From Christensenellaceae bacterium (lineage in GTDB: Bacteria; Bacillota; Clostridia; Christensenellales; Borkfalkiaceae), in assembly GCA_045653205.1 (NCBI GenBank), contig JAZOLT010000006.1, positions 65,943 through 129,942 of the forward strand: a stretch of DNA of 64,000 bases, written 5' to 3'. How positions within the stretch are numbered: the stretch's first letter is position 1; the number at the start of each line of letters is the position of its first letter. A program made the translations under genes and the position numbers. The notes below the pieces were generated by a model that was not told the DNA's origin, ran no database searches, and saw nothing but the letters and a program-made list of their open reading frames with translations. Positions 26,330 through 35,469 of the stretch are shown here, piece after piece.

Positions 26330-27748
26330 TTATTCCTTGCCGTTCCAGCAATACGTGCATAACTTGCACGGTTCTAATCCTATTGCTTTAATTAAATCGT
26401 CAAGCGGTAAATATTCTAATGATTCAAAATTAAATTTTTTACAAATTGCCTTTCTTAATCTCTTTCCACGTTCTGAGTTCTTATCACGATACTCATCTAT
26501 ATACTTTTCACCTTCTTCCCCTTCAAGCTCTCTAATAACTGCTCTTGTCAATAGGTCGTTATTCCCTGTCGAGCGTGAAAAGGTTAAGTATTTACATCCA
26601 TACATTATTGGTGGACAGGCTGAACGCATATGAACAGACTTTGCACCGTGTGAATATAAGAAGTCAACCGTTTCTTTTAATTGTGTTCCTCTCACTATTG
26701 AATCATCAACAAAAAGTAAATTCTTGTTTTCTATCAATTCGTGTATAGGAATTTGTTTCATTTTTGCTATCTTGTTTCGGTCTACTTGATTTGAGGGAGT
26801 AAAACTTCTTGCCCAAGTAGGCGTGTATTTGATATACGGGCGGGCAAAAGGCACTTTACTTGCATTTGCATAACCTATTGCTGCGGGTGTTCCAGAATCA
26901 GGCATTCCCCCAACAAAATCTATTTGCAAATCTTTATTCTCGTCGTGCTTAGATAGTAATTCTCCACTACGGTATCTCATCACCTCTACGTTTACACCCT
27001 CATAGTTAGATGGTGAAAATCCATAATAAGTCCAAAGGAAAGAACATATCTTCATTTCCTTTCCTGCTTCCGATAAAACCTTTAATTTGGTGGGCGAAAT
27101 CTCAACAATCTCTCCCGGTCCTAGCTCTTTTTCATCTTCAAATCCTAGCTTCTTATAAGCAAACGACTCAAATGATGCGGCATATCCGTCTTCTCTTTTT
27201 CCAATTAAAACCGGTGTTCTTCCAAGCCTATCTCTTGCAACTATTATAGAATCCTTTTCAGTTAGTATCATAATCGAGGCACTGCCCTCAATTACCTTTT
27301 GTGCAAACTTTATACCTTGAACAAAAGACCTCTTTTGGTTTATAAGAGCCGCAACAAGCTCGGTATTGTTTACCTTGCTTCCCGTCATCGTGCAGAAGTG
27401 TCCACCACCGTTACTTAAGAATTTTTCTATAAGTGCGTCGGAATTATTTACTGCACCCACTACACAAATTGCATAGTTACCAAGCCCGGAACGAATAAGT
27501 AATGGCTGTGGGTCACTATCGCTTATACAACCAATTACGCTAGTTCCTTGCATTTCACCAAGAGTTTTATCAAACTTAGTTCTAAAAGGCGATTTCTCTA
27601 TACTGTGTATCTCTCTTTGAAAACCCGTTTTTTTATCAAATGCAGAAAGCCCCGCTCTACGTGTTCCTAAATGAGAATGAAAGTCTACACCAAAAAACAC
27701 GTCTTGCAAACAATCGCTTTTAGATGTTATTCCAAAAAATCCACTCAT
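26330..27748 (-). CDS. purF: Amidophosphoribosyltransferase-like protein (divergent N-terminal Ntn domain, Fe-S type C-terminal Cys pattern)
   Basis: Has a PRTase loop ([13 protein letters not shown]) and Cys residues at positions matching the [4Fe-4S] type ([29 protein letters not shown]). Its operon position fits purF. The N-terminus reads MSGFFGI instead of MCG..GI. Confidence 0.8.
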   Translation of the reverse strand: MSGFFGITSKSDCLQDVFFGVDFHSHLGTRRAGLSAFDKKTGFQREIHSIEKSPFRTKFDKTLGEMQGTSVIGCISDSDPQPLLIRSGLGNYAICVVGAVNNSDALIEKFLSNGGGHFCTMTGSKVNNTELVAALINQKRSFVQGIKFAQKVIEGSASIMILTEKDSIIVARDRLGRTPVLIGKREDGYAASFESFAYKKLGFEDEKELGPGEIVEISPTKLKVLSEAGKEMKICSFLWTYYGFSPSNYEGVNVEVMRYRSGELLSKHDENKDLQIDFVGGMPDSGTPAAIGYANASKVPFARPYIKYTPTWARSFTPSNQVDRNKIAKMKQIPIHELIENKNLLFVDDSIVRGTQLKETVDFLYSHGAKSVHMRSACPPIMYGCKYLTFSRSTGNNDLLTRAVIRELEGEEGEKYIDEYRDKNSERGKRLRKAICKKFNFESLEYLPLDDLIKAIGLEPCKLCTYCWNGKE

Positions 27749-27757
27749 TAACGCACC

Positions 27758-28447
27758 TTATTTAGCAAAGAATAACTTTGAAAGCGTCATTGGGTCAATA
27801 TATTTTCCGTCCTTATATACACGCATATTTCCCGATGCAATTTCATCAATTAGCATTACGCTTCCGTCTTTATCATATCCAAACTCAAACTTAATATCAT
27901 AAAGTATTAGTCCTTTTTCTTTTAAGTCATCTGCTACGATTTGGGTAATCTTTTGAGTCATTTCCTTTATGTCATCATATTGACTTGCTGTCATAACTTT
28001 CAAGTCAACAAGTCCGTCTTTTGTTACTAATGGGTCACCCTTTTCATCGTTCTTAAAAGTCGTTTCAACGTATGCAGGTAAATCTGCACCTTCTTCAATA
28101 TAGTCACTATAACGACGGAAAAAGCTTCCAACAGCCTTGTGACGACAAATTACTTCTAATCCCTTTCCAAAAGGTTTTGCAGGCAACACTTCCATTGTAG
28201 TATCTTGGAGGTCTGCGCTGATATAGTGCGTTTTAATTCCTGCTGCATTTACCTTTTCAAAAAAGTATATAGACATACGGAGATTAACGTCGCCCACACC
28301 CTCAATTGTTAACCCAACAGAGTTTTCACCGGGGTCAAACACTCCGTCTTTACCCGTGCAATCATCCTTAAACTTTAAAAGATAATTACCATTGTCTAGT
28401 GCAAACACGTCTTTTGTCTTTCCAGAATAAACTAATTTCTTTTCCAT
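27758..28447 (-). CDS. purC: Phosphoribosylaminoimidazole-succinocarboxamide synthase
   Basis: 229 aa; [11 protein letters not shown]..., [11 protein letters not shown]; SAICAR synthase layout. Confidence 0.9.
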   Translation of the reverse strand: MEKKLVYSGKTKDVFALDNGNYLLKFKDDCTGKDGVFDPGENSVGLTIEGVGDVNLRMSIYFFEKVNAAGIKTHYISADLQDTTMEVLPAKPFGKGLEVICRHKAVGSFFRRYSDYIEEGADLPAYVETTFKNDEKGDPLVTKDGLVDLKVMTASQYDDIKEMTQKITQIVADDLKEKGLILYDIKFEFGYDKDGSVMLIDEIASGNMRVYKDGKYIDPMTLSKLFFAK

Positions 28448-28460
28448 AATCTATCTCCTA

Positions 28461-28958
28461 TTATTTGTTTCCTAATTGTTCATTTAATCTTTTATCTTTT
28501 TCTACTACAGCGTTTCTATCTGCAATCTTTTTTTCTAATAATTTTCTTGATAAATCCTCATCACCAACAGCAAGAATTTGCACTGCAAGTAATGCTGCGT
28601 TTGATGCTCCGTTAATTGCTACTGTTGCAACAGGAACACCTGTAGGCATTTGCACGGTTGCTAGCAACGCATCCATACCCTCTAAATTCTTTGAAGAACA
28701 AGGAATGCCTATTACGGGTAGTGTTGTTTGAGATGCCAAAACACCAGCTAAATGTGCAGCCATGCCAGCAGCGGCTATAATAACTCCAAACCCATTCTCT
28801 TTTGCTTTTGATGCAAAAGCTAAAGCCTCACTAGGCGTGCGATGAGCAGAATAAACGTGAGCCTCAAACGGAACACTAAAACTATTAAGCACGTCGAATG
28901 CTTTAGAAACTATAGGTAAATCGCTATCTGAACCCATTATAATTGCAACTTTTTTCAT
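28461..28958 (-). CDS. purE: 5-(carboxyamino)imidazole ribonucleotide mutase / AIR carboxylase (PurE)
   Basis: [30 protein letters not shown]. The SD AGGAG lies upstream. Confidence 0.9.
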   Translation of the reverse strand: MKKVAIIMGSDSDLPIVSKAFDVLNSFSVPFEAHVYSAHRTPSEALAFASKAKENGFGVIIAAAGMAAHLAGVLASQTTLPVIGIPCSSKNLEGMDALLATVQMPTGVPVATVAINGASNAALLAVQILAVGDEDLSRKLLEKKIADRNAVVEKDKRLNEQLGNK

Positions 28959-28969
28959 ACAAATCTCCT

Positions 28970-29014
28970 AAAAAAAATATAAAGGCGCACTTATAAAAAC
29001 GTTATAAGTGCGCC
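28970..29014 (-). terminator. Riboswitch expression-platform terminator (attenuator) upstream of purE
   Basis: Minus strand reads GGCGCACTTATAA-cgttt-TTATAAGTGCGCC (13-bp perfect stem) followed by TTTATATTTTTTTT. The 5' arm overlaps the aptamer 3' end. Confidence 0.85.
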
Positions 29015-29092
29015 CAGACAGTCGGCATTATTCAACCCTTAAGTTTCCGTTCCACTGTGGTTATCCACAATTATCTGTCAGTCACGAAAACG
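28970..29092 (-). promoter_or_regulatory. ZTP (pfl-motif) riboswitch, predicted ON switch
   Basis: The minus-strand RNA contains CGUGACUGACAG ... UGUGG-AUAA-CCACA ... GGAACGG ... GCCGACUGUCUGGGCG. This matches my memory of the pfl consensus blocks (CGUGACUGGCG / CCGCCUGGGC), with compensatory GACAG/CUGUC changes. The genomic context (pur genes, fhs) is classic for ZTP. Confidence 0.75.
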
Positions 29093-29113
29093 TTTAATAT
29101 ATTGTGCTATTTT

Positions 29114-29143
29114 ATGATAGCATAATTTATCGTTTCTTGTCAA
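29114..29143 (-). promoter_or_regulatory. Sigma-A type promoter of the pur operon
   Basis: Minus strand reads TTGACA (29143-29138), 18-nt spacer ending in TGc, TATCAT (29119-29114), i.e. an extended -10. Confidence 0.6.
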
Positions 29144-29181
29144 ACAAAGAACTAAGGTTTATTTAAAAATAAAGGAAATTA

Positions 29182-30156
29182 TTATAAATTATTTTTATAC
29201 CATTCTATAGCTTCATTTAGGCCTTTCGCAAAATCATAATCAGGGTCATATCCTAACATGTTTTTCGCTTTTGAAATATCAGCGTTACTATGTTTAATGT
29301 CTCCCTTTCTATCAGGGCCGAAAATAGGCTCGATATCTTTTCCTAAAGCTTTGGTTAGACTGTAATATATATCAATTAAATATTCTCTACCACCATATGC
29401 AATGTTAAACGCCTCTCCTGCAACCTCACTAGGAGTAAGGCAGGCTTTAAGGTTTGCTTCTATAACGTTTTCAATATAGGTAAAATCTCTACTTTGTTTA
29501 CCGTCGCCATTTATTGTAGGTCTGTCTCCATCAAGTAATTGCTTTATGAATTTTGGAATAACGGCTGCATACGCTCCATTTGGGTCTTGTCTTCTACCAA
29601 AAACGTTAAAATATCTCATGCCATATGTGTCTAGACCATAGTGCATTGTATATAATTTTGCCCACTCTTCATCACATCTTTTAGTCAACGCATAAGGCGA
29701 TAATAAATTGCCCTCTCTACCCTCTGTTTTAGGCAAATTCGGCTCGTCACCATACACAGAAGAAGATGAAGCATAGACAAACTTTTTAACACCCTTTTGT
29801 CTTGCAGCCTCTAACATATTAAGCGTTCCCTCAATATTGTTTTTGCAGTAAAAAATAGGCATCTCCAACGAACGAGGAACACTTCCCCAAGCTGCTTGGT
29901 TTAATACGTAATCTACACCGTCACAAGCTTTAAGGCAGGTGTCTAGGTCCTTAATATCTCCCTTGATAAACTCATAATTTGAATTGCTTTTAAACATATC
30001 AACGTAGGACTGCTTGCCCGTTGATAAATCGTCTAAACAACGAACTTTATAGCCTAAATTTAGTATGGCTTCACATAGGTTAGAGCCAATAAAACCAGCT
30101 CCACCAGTAACTAAAAACACACTATTCTTTGGAAAAACTAAATTCCTGTATCCCAT
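29182..30156 (-). CDS. Extended-SDR UDP-N-acetylhexosamine 4-epimerase, WbpP/TviC-like
   Basis: [18 protein letters not shown] (YxxxK) and [40 protein letters not shown] closely recall the WbpP block [39 protein letters not shown]. Confidence 0.8.
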   Translation of the reverse strand: [324 protein letters not shown]

Positions 30157-30175
30157 AAACTTATTCCTTTTTCAT

Positions 30176-32566
30176 TTAATAAATCACACAAGAACCTGAC
30201 GCAGGAGTGTAAACACTTGCACCACGCTTGTAGTCATATTTATCATAGTATCTTTCGTTAACAACTGATAAAATATTATCAGCTTGAGCCTTTTTGATTA
30301 AAGCAACCACGCAGCCACCAAGACCTGCCCCAACAAGTTCGCTACCTAACACACCTTCACACGAATTAAGTATATCACACAGCTCGTCTATTTGTTCAGT
30401 TGAACAACCATAATCCCCCCCAACAAACTCTAACGGGGTTTTATTTGCAATTAAAGATGCAATATACTCATCAGAGGTGTCATAGTCTTTAATACGGTCA
30501 CCATTATGACTAATTTTCATCATTTCACCCAAGACTTTATAGTCACCTGTTTTAAGCACAGATAAAAACTTTTCAGCCCTAACACACTCACTTACACCAA
30601 ACAATGCTAGTCCTCTAATTTCATATCCTTCTGGCTCTACGTGTGTTGAAAAAATCTTATTCAATTCATCTAAGTGTTCTGGAAGCATCGAATACACGTC
30701 TGCTCTAGTCATCAAAACGGGAAGTGATAAAAGTGCATTATATATAAATTCTTCCTTATCTAAAGCAAACTCTCTAAAAAGCTTGTAATTTTTATCAGGA
30801 TAGATTTTATTAATCAACATCAATGCAATTTCATAGCAAGCAATTTTAGCATTGAACTTGTCCTTGCCACCCTCAGACTTTTTAGCTTTTTGCATACTAT
30901 TTGCAACTAAAACTGCATAATCTTCTGAAAAATCAACTGACTCATCCAAAACAAACGGCAAAAACCCAAGCTTTGTAATCATATTCTTTTTACTGAATTT
31001 CATTGCAGCGTGGTCGCCAGCTCCACCACGAGAACCAACAAACCACTCACCCTCTCCACACAATTCAACAAATTCTTTTTCGCTTATGTTTAGAGAATTT
31101 ATAGCCACAATTGCTTCTGCAATGGCTACAACTAGGCTTGAAGATGACGAAAGACCAGCAGCTGGAGGAATATTCCCGCTCGCCATTACGTTCAAACCAC
31201 ACAATTTAAAATCTACGTCGTTAACCTTAAACGCAAATCTTAATAGAGCTGCCTTAAAATAGTTTTCCCAAGAACCTCTGTTGTCTTCTACGTCTTCTAT
31301 AATTTCTGGGCTAGATATATATTCAACCCAACTTTCTCCCTGTGATAGCGATAGATACGTTCCAACACTAAATTCGCAGTTAGGATATTTTGAATTTGCA
31401 TTTGAAATTACAACCAAATCATCTTCTCTTGGTGCAGAAACAATTATCGTATCCTTATCAACTGTTAAAACGTTTGTCGAACCACCACGATGGTCAATAT
31501 GCCTACCCATTAGATTGATTCTTCCGGGCGCTCTAGTAACAACTACTTTTTCATCACCAAACTTTGTAATATACTTTTGTAAAATTTCTACATATCTAAA
31601 TTTCTGTTCAGCAAAATCCTTTCCGTAAATATCGAAAAAGTTTTTATCCATAGCACCAGATTCAATGTCACTTATTATACTAGATGCTGAACGCATAAAA
31701 AATCTACTAATATCCCTAAGCTCTCTTCTCGTGCTAAAGGTTAGCATGTCCTTTTTATCTTCAATTACAACAAGACTAACCGAATCCCTTTTTGCGAAGT
31801 ATTCTAAGGTATCGGTTAAATATATTTCCCCTTGTGCATTGTTAGAATTGCAAAGCTTTATCGCCTGAACACCTAATTCTAGGTCAAAGCAATAAAAACC
31901 AGCATTTGCATACTTACTGCATAAAATCTCATCTGCTGTAAATAATTGTTCACACAAATACATTTCGTTAATTGGTTCTTTTTCTTCAGCTAAAGATAAT
32001 ACCTTTGCTGCTTTTTTCTCGTTAAGACCTAAAGATAAAAGCTTATTTAATCTTTGCTCTTTTTCAACCCCAGCAAGAGACATATACGCAACGTCTGCAA
32101 GTTCTACAACTCCATATGGCTTATCATCACGCATAACAATTCTGCCACCACTTTTATTAGCTGATAAGGGCTGAACACCCCATACAACCTCTGATATAAA
32201 AGCAGAATCAATCATCTTTTTAACAGCGTTTGTTGAAACAATTTTATCTCCCATGGATACAATTGCCTTACCAACAAACCCTATTTCTTTTAGAGCGTTC
32301 ATTCCACACAAAGCTGCATCGCCAGTTCCATTTTGAACTTCTTGTTTAGCGTAAATAACGTTAGCTTCATCCTTTAGACATGCTCTAACGCTATCCTCGT
32401 TATGTCCTACAACAATAACAAAATGACCTACACCGGCATTCCTCATATTATCTACAACACGCTTGATAACAGGCACGCCAGCACATTTAAACGCAACCTT
32501 GTTTTTTGAATTGTCATTCATTCTTGTCCCTTTTCCTGCGGCAAGAATTATAGCGGCAATTTCCAT
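30176..32566 (-). CDS. Bifunctional fusion: GlmU-like sugar-1-phosphate nucleotidyl(uridylyl)transferase + galactokinase-like GHMP sugar kinase
   Basis: The N-terminal domain has ILAAGKGTRM, AKQEVQNGTGDA and GEIYLTD (GlmU N-domain-like). The C-terminal domain has APGRINLMGRHIDHRGG (galactokinase signature-like), GLSSSSSLVVA (GHMP motif II) and GAGLGGCVVAL (motif III). I use the ATG at 32566 with SD GGAG; the track TTG at 32578 lies inside the SD. Confidence 0.8.
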   Translation of the reverse strand: MEIAAIILAAGKGTRMNDNSKNKVAFKCAGVPVIKRVVDNMRNAGVGHFVIVVGHNEDSVRACLKDEANVIYAKQEVQNGTGDAALCGMNALKEIGFVGKAIVSMGDKIVSTNAVKKMIDSAFISEVVWGVQPLSANKSGGRIVMRDDKPYGVVELADVAYMSLAGVEKEQRLNKLLSLGLNEKKAAKVLSLAEEKEPINEMYLCEQLFTADEILCSKYANAGFYCFDLELGVQAIKLCNSNNAQGEIYLTDTLEYFAKRDSVSLVVIEDKKDMLTFSTRRELRDISRFFMRSASSIISDIESGAMDKNFFDIYGKDFAEQKFRYVEILQKYITKFGDEKVVVTRAPGRINLMGRHIDHRGGSTNVLTVDKDTIIVSAPREDDLVVISNANSKYPNCEFSVGTYLSLSQGESWVEYISSPEIIEDVEDNRGSWENYFKAALLRFAFKVNDVDFKLCGLNVMASGNIPPAAGLSSSSSLVVAIAEAIVAINSLNISEKEFVELCGEGEWFVGSRGGAGDHAAMKFSKKNMITKLGFLPFVLDESVDFSEDYAVLVANSMQKAKKSEGGKDKFNAKIACYEIALMLINKIYPDKNYKLFREFALDKEEFIYNALLSLPVLMTRADVYSMLPEHLDELNKIFSTHVEPEGYEIRGLALFGVSECVRAEKFLSVLKTGDYKVLGEMMKISHNGDRIKDYDTSDEYIASLIANKTPLEFVGGDYGCSTEQIDELCDILNSCEGVLGSELVGAGLGGCVVALIKKAQADNILSVVNERYYDKYDYKRGASVYTPASGSCVIY

Positions 32567-32599
32567 TTTATACTCCAAAAAAAATTTTCTCTATTTTTT

Positions 32600-32629
32600 A
32601 TATTAACATATTATATTAGCAACAGTCAA
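32600..32629 (-). promoter_or_regulatory. Candidate promoter for the fusion-epimerase operon
   Basis: Minus strand reads TTGACT (32629-32624), 18-nt spacer ending in TGt, TAATAT (32605-32600). Confidence 0.45.
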
Positions 32630-32690
32630 GGACTTTATAAAAATAAAGTTTTTAATATAAGTGACTAATTTGTTCAAAATAATTGTTTAT

Positions 32691-33458
32691 CTAGATTTGT
32701 TCAAAAAAAATTGATTGGTATCCTGAGTTAATCAAATTATCAAATGATAGCTCAAGCTTTTTTTCAAAATCCTTTTGATGCTTTAAGTAATCAGGATAAA
32801 AATATTGTTCGTGAATCATTATTTTTATAAAATTCTTGCATGCAACTTTTTCTAAAGCCATTGGTATCTCATCTAGGTTTAAGGTGTTTAAAACAAGGTC
32901 TATTCCAGCATAATGTATGCCATCAGATAAAACTGTTTCACCTTTCCACAATCTTTTCATCTCAGAAGTTGTATTTTGATATGATTTTCTTGGGTTTTCT
33001 TTATCGCCATAAAGCCCTAACAAGCCTAAGATATTGCAATCCTTTAACGCTTTTATACCCTCAATCGTTGCAAGACAATAATGAATTGTCGTTGTTTTTG
33101 CAAGACTATTTTCCCCAGCAAATCTAACTATTTCGTTGTTAGTTTTTATACAATCGTTATAGACTTCTTCATAATCAGAAAATTCATATGGGCGAGGCTT
33201 ATGTTCCTTTGAATGAAACGAGAATTTGAGCCAATCGGAATTAATCTCAAATTCTTTTTTATAGTTCTCACTCACCATTGATAAATCAAAATTTTCATCT
33301 TTATAAAATATATTTAGTTGAACTTTTAGGTTAAACTTTTCGTGTAGCCTTTTAAACATGCCAAAATAGGCATTATCAAAAACACTTTGATATGAATTTT
33401 CACTAATGTCTTTAAGACATCTAATATTGTCATCTACAGTAAAACAAAACTTTTTCAT
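32691..33458 (-). CDS. Hypothetical protein with NodB/CE4-like deacetylase motifs
   Basis: FTVDDN (like TFDD motif 1) and FHSKEH (H-S-x-x-H, motif 2) are spaced about 70 aa apart. There is no signal peptide. The start is ambiguous (ATG 33458 or GTG 33464). Confidence 0.45.
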   Translation of the reverse strand: MKKFCFTVDDNIRCLKDISENSYQSVFDNAYFGMFKRLHEKFNLKVQLNIFYKDENFDLSMVSENYKKEFEINSDWLKFSFHSKEHKPRPYEFSDYEEVYNDCIKTNNEIVRFAGENSLAKTTTIHYCLATIEGIKALKDCNILGLLGLYGDKENPRKSYQNTTSEMKRLWKGETVLSDGIHYAGIDLVLNTLNLDEIPMALEKVACKNFIKIMIHEQYFYPDYLKHQKDFEKKLELSFDNLINSGYQSIFFEQI

Positions 33459-33526
33459 AAACACCTAAAATATTTTTAGAAAAAATTTCTAAAACAACTA
33501 AATTTGAAATTTTAGCCAAACTACAT

Positions 33527-34930
33527 TTAAATCCTTTTTAAGCAAACAACCGTTTCAACGTGTTTTGTTTGCGGAAACATATCAAACGTTCTAATAGATG
33601 AAACCTCGTATTTGCAAATCGGCTTTTCTACTTTTACAATCTGCCCTTCTTTTACCTCTAACGTTCCAACTATAAGCCCAACGTCTCTGGCAAGCGTAGA
33701 TGGCATACAAGATACGTAAACTATTTTATCAGCTTGGCTTTTTTGAACAGCCTGAATAACACTGTAATCACAGCCTTTTCTTGGTGGGTCTAAAACAATA
33801 GCAATTTTCTGGTTATTTGTCTTTTCTTTTTCGATTATGTCTGGCATAATCAACTCGCATTTTCCTTGATAATTACTAACTTTATTCTCAAGACCATTCT
33901 TTAAGGCGAGTTCGTTAGCCAACCTAACTGCTTCGGGAATAATTTCTATTCCTATAGCCTTTTTAGCCTTTTTTGCAAGCATAGCCGTCATCAAACCTGC
34001 CCCACTATATGCGTCAATTACTGTGGTGTCTTCATCCGCACAAACTAGCGAACTTACCGCTGAGTAGAGCTTTTGACAAACGGTAGTATTAACCTGCATA
34101 AAGCTTCTAACACCTACCTTGTATTTAATGCCGAGCATATCGCTTTGATATTCACCCTTGCCATATATAAGCTCAAAATCGTCACCGTATATAACGTTAG
34201 AACGTGATTTATTTACGTTTTTAAATAGCGAAAACTCGTATGACATTTTAGCCTTTAAAATATCAATTAAACTATCAACGTGTCTTATTTTTTCACTATT
34301 AGAAACAACGGTGATTATAAGCTTATCCTTAATCTCTCTTGCTGTAATTTCCCTAATCTCTCCCGTGCCATTTTCTTCATTATATCCCGTTATGGAATAG
34401 GTGGAAAAATATTCTCTGAATGCTTCGATTAGATTTTTTGTCCATTCAGCGTTTATTGGACAATCATTTATGGGAACTACTCTATGCGAATTCTCGGCAT
34501 AAAAACCAATTAAAACTCCGTCGTCACCCTGTCTAACGGGAAGCTGAAGCTTGTTTCTGTATCGAAACTCATTATCTCCTTTTATGGTCGGCAAAAGCTT
34601 AACGTCTAACCCAGCGATTTTTTTGAAGCAATTTACAACGTTTTCTTCTTTAATCTTAATTTGACACAAATATTTAACGTGTTGAAGCTGACAACCTCCA
34701 CACTTTGTAAAAACCGGGCACTTGCTTCTTATTCTAATTTCTGCAGGAATAATTATTTCTAAGGCTTTTGCATATGCAATTTTTGAATTCGCCTTTAAAA
34801 TCTTATATCTAACTTTTTCACCTATAAGTGTAAAAGGGACGAAAACAACAATGCCTTCATCCTTGATAATCCCCTCTCCATTGCTTCCAATTGCAGAAAC
34901 AATCCCTATTCTCTCATCATTCTTTTTCAT
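33527..34930 (-). CDS. rlmD: 23S rRNA (uracil-C5)-methyltransferase, RumA/RlmD family (TRAM + Fe-S + SAM MTase)
   Basis: N-terminal TRAM-like region, CPVFTKCGGCQLQH cluster motif, DAYSGAG, DPPRKG, C-terminal FDMFPQT.H.E. Confidence 0.9.
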   Translation of the reverse strand: MKKNDERIGIVSAIGSNGEGIIKDEGIVVFVPFTLIGEKVRYKILKANSKIAYAKALEIIIPAEIRIRSKCPVFTKCGGCQLQHVKYLCQIKIKEENVVNCFKKIAGLDVKLLPTIKGDNEFRYRNKLQLPVRQGDDGVLIGFYAENSHRVVPINDCPINAEWTKNLIEAFREYFSTYSITGYNEENGTGEIREITAREIKDKLIITVVSNSEKIRHVDSLIDILKAKMSYEFSLFKNVNKSRSNVIYGDDFELIYGKGEYQSDMLGIKYKVGVRSFMQVNTTVCQKLYSAVSSLVCADEDTTVIDAYSGAGLMTAMLAKKAKKAIGIEIIPEAVRLANELALKNGLENKVSNYQGKCELIMPDIIEKEKTNNQKIAIVLDPPRKGCDYSVIQAVQKSQADKIVYVSCMPSTLARDVGLIVGTLEVKEGQIVKVEKPICKYEVSSIRTFDMFPQTKHVETVVCLKRI

Positions 34931-35469
34931 TTGTCCTTACTAATAATACGACTAACGTATTTATTTATAAACATTCTAGCTACTAATACGTATCTATCAA
35001 AGATAAAATAGAACACCACTGAAAAAAGCAAAATAAACCAATAAATATTATTTGCAATAAATTGTGGCATATCGTTAATTTCTAGCCCCATAAGTAAAGT
35101 GTAATAAAAATATATTCCAAAAACTGCAAGTGTGCACCAAATTAGCCCTAAAGCTTTATATATCGCCATACTTATTTTTTTAGTTCTAAAAAAGCATGCA
35201 GTTATCGGATATGTTCCAAAAAAACCAATAAACGCAGGAAAAACTATTGAAAAAAAGTTAAAGCCGGTAAATATTAAAGCTATAAAGCCACCACATAAGC
35301 ATGAAAGAAATGCACCTATATATGATTTATAATATATTGGCAAGATAACAATTGCTGAAGAAATGGCAAGTGCAAACAAGTCGGTAAATTCAAAAAATAC
35401 ACCAACACATAGAACTAGTGCAACAAGTGCTGACGTTATAGCAGATAAAGCTAAAACCCTGCTTTTCAT
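34927..35469 (-). CDS. Polytopic membrane protein, family not recognised
   Basis: 180 aa with about 5-6 hydrophobic helices. Its start overlaps the stop of the upstream J-like gene, and its stop overlaps the rlmD start. Confidence 0.6.
   Translation of the reverse strand: MKSRVLALSAITSALVALVLCVGVFFEFTDLFALAISSAIVILPIYYKSYIGAFLSCLCGGFIALIFTGFNFFSIVFPAFIGFFGTYPITACFFRTKKISMAIYKALGLIWCTLAVFGIYFYYTLLMGLEINDMPQFIANNIYWFILLFSVVFYFIFDRYVLVARMFINKYVSRIISKDK

Noticed and set aside
28970-29092. Guanine/adenine (purine) riboswitch as the identity of the pur leader.
   Set aside because: The expected purine-aptamer features (three-way junction with UAUAAU…/…CCGACUAUG-type conserved loops) are not present. 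The sequence fits the ZTP/pfl blocks instead.
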